A stretch of DNA of 63,991 bases, filler included, from Octopus bimaculoides (Eukaryota): assembly GCF_001194135.2 (NCBI RefSeq). It is 11 parts of 9 records of this genome, joined end to end, with 100 filler letters (N's around TTAATTAATTAA, not from the genome) between each part and the next. Parts side by side here need not be neighbours in the genome. Positions count along the whole stretch, not along the records: positions 62,936 to 63,991 come from NC_068985.1; 10 more parts are not named here. The stretch is one strand, 5' to 3'. Both the position numbers and the translations under genes were made by a program. Positions within the stretch are counted from its first letter, which is position 1; each line of letters starts with the position of its first letter. Below the pieces are notes generated by a model, which was not told the origin of the DNA, searched no databases, and saw only the letters and a program-made list of their open reading frames with translations. Positions 63,721 through 63,991 of this stretch are shown in pieces.

Positions 63721-63991
63721 TAGAAATGCTTGTGCAAAACAGGGAGAGAGAGAGGGAGAAAGGAATAGAGAACGGGAGCAATGAAGAGAGAGAAAGAGAG
63801 AAAGGGAGAACGGAAAACAGTTATAAAATAGCAATGCGTGCGCGTGTTTATAGAAGAAAGACAGAGAAACTAAATCTTATATCTATAATGTTGATGTGTG
63901 TATGTGTTTATGTGTATGTTGTTGTCACAGATCACGTATGTGTTTTTACTTTTGTATGTTATGAAAAATATGTTAGCGGTAGAGGGATACA

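Overview
Gapped, AT-rich, microsatellite-dense eukaryotic scaffold. The SINE repertoire and repeat style point to a cephalopod, probably Octopus (inference from recalled families, not a database result). No intact host gene can be recognised; only weak candidate exons. Most long ORFs in the track are artefacts of N-gaps or simple repeats. The window is mainly transposon debris. Retroelements: a decayed Tx1/L1-clade LINE, two internally deleted RTE LINEs, an R4/Dong-like RT fragment, CR1-like fragments, a Penelope-like RT fragment and several tRNA-derived SINE families. DNA elements: an internally deleted Helitron, hAT MITEs, a Cys-rich transposase relic and two long foldback elements, one with a telomere-like core and an 8-bp TSD. 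The most interesting signal is a set of six dispersed minimal type I hammerhead ribozyme motifs, several with palindromic helix III. Four of them share an unusual A immediately before GAAA. A separate repeat family carries the hammerhead core halves in reversed order. Together with the Penelope-like RT this suggests a retrozyme/PLE-type self-cleaving RNA system (inference). Ten 44N-TTAATTAATTAA-44N spacers are assembly linkers.
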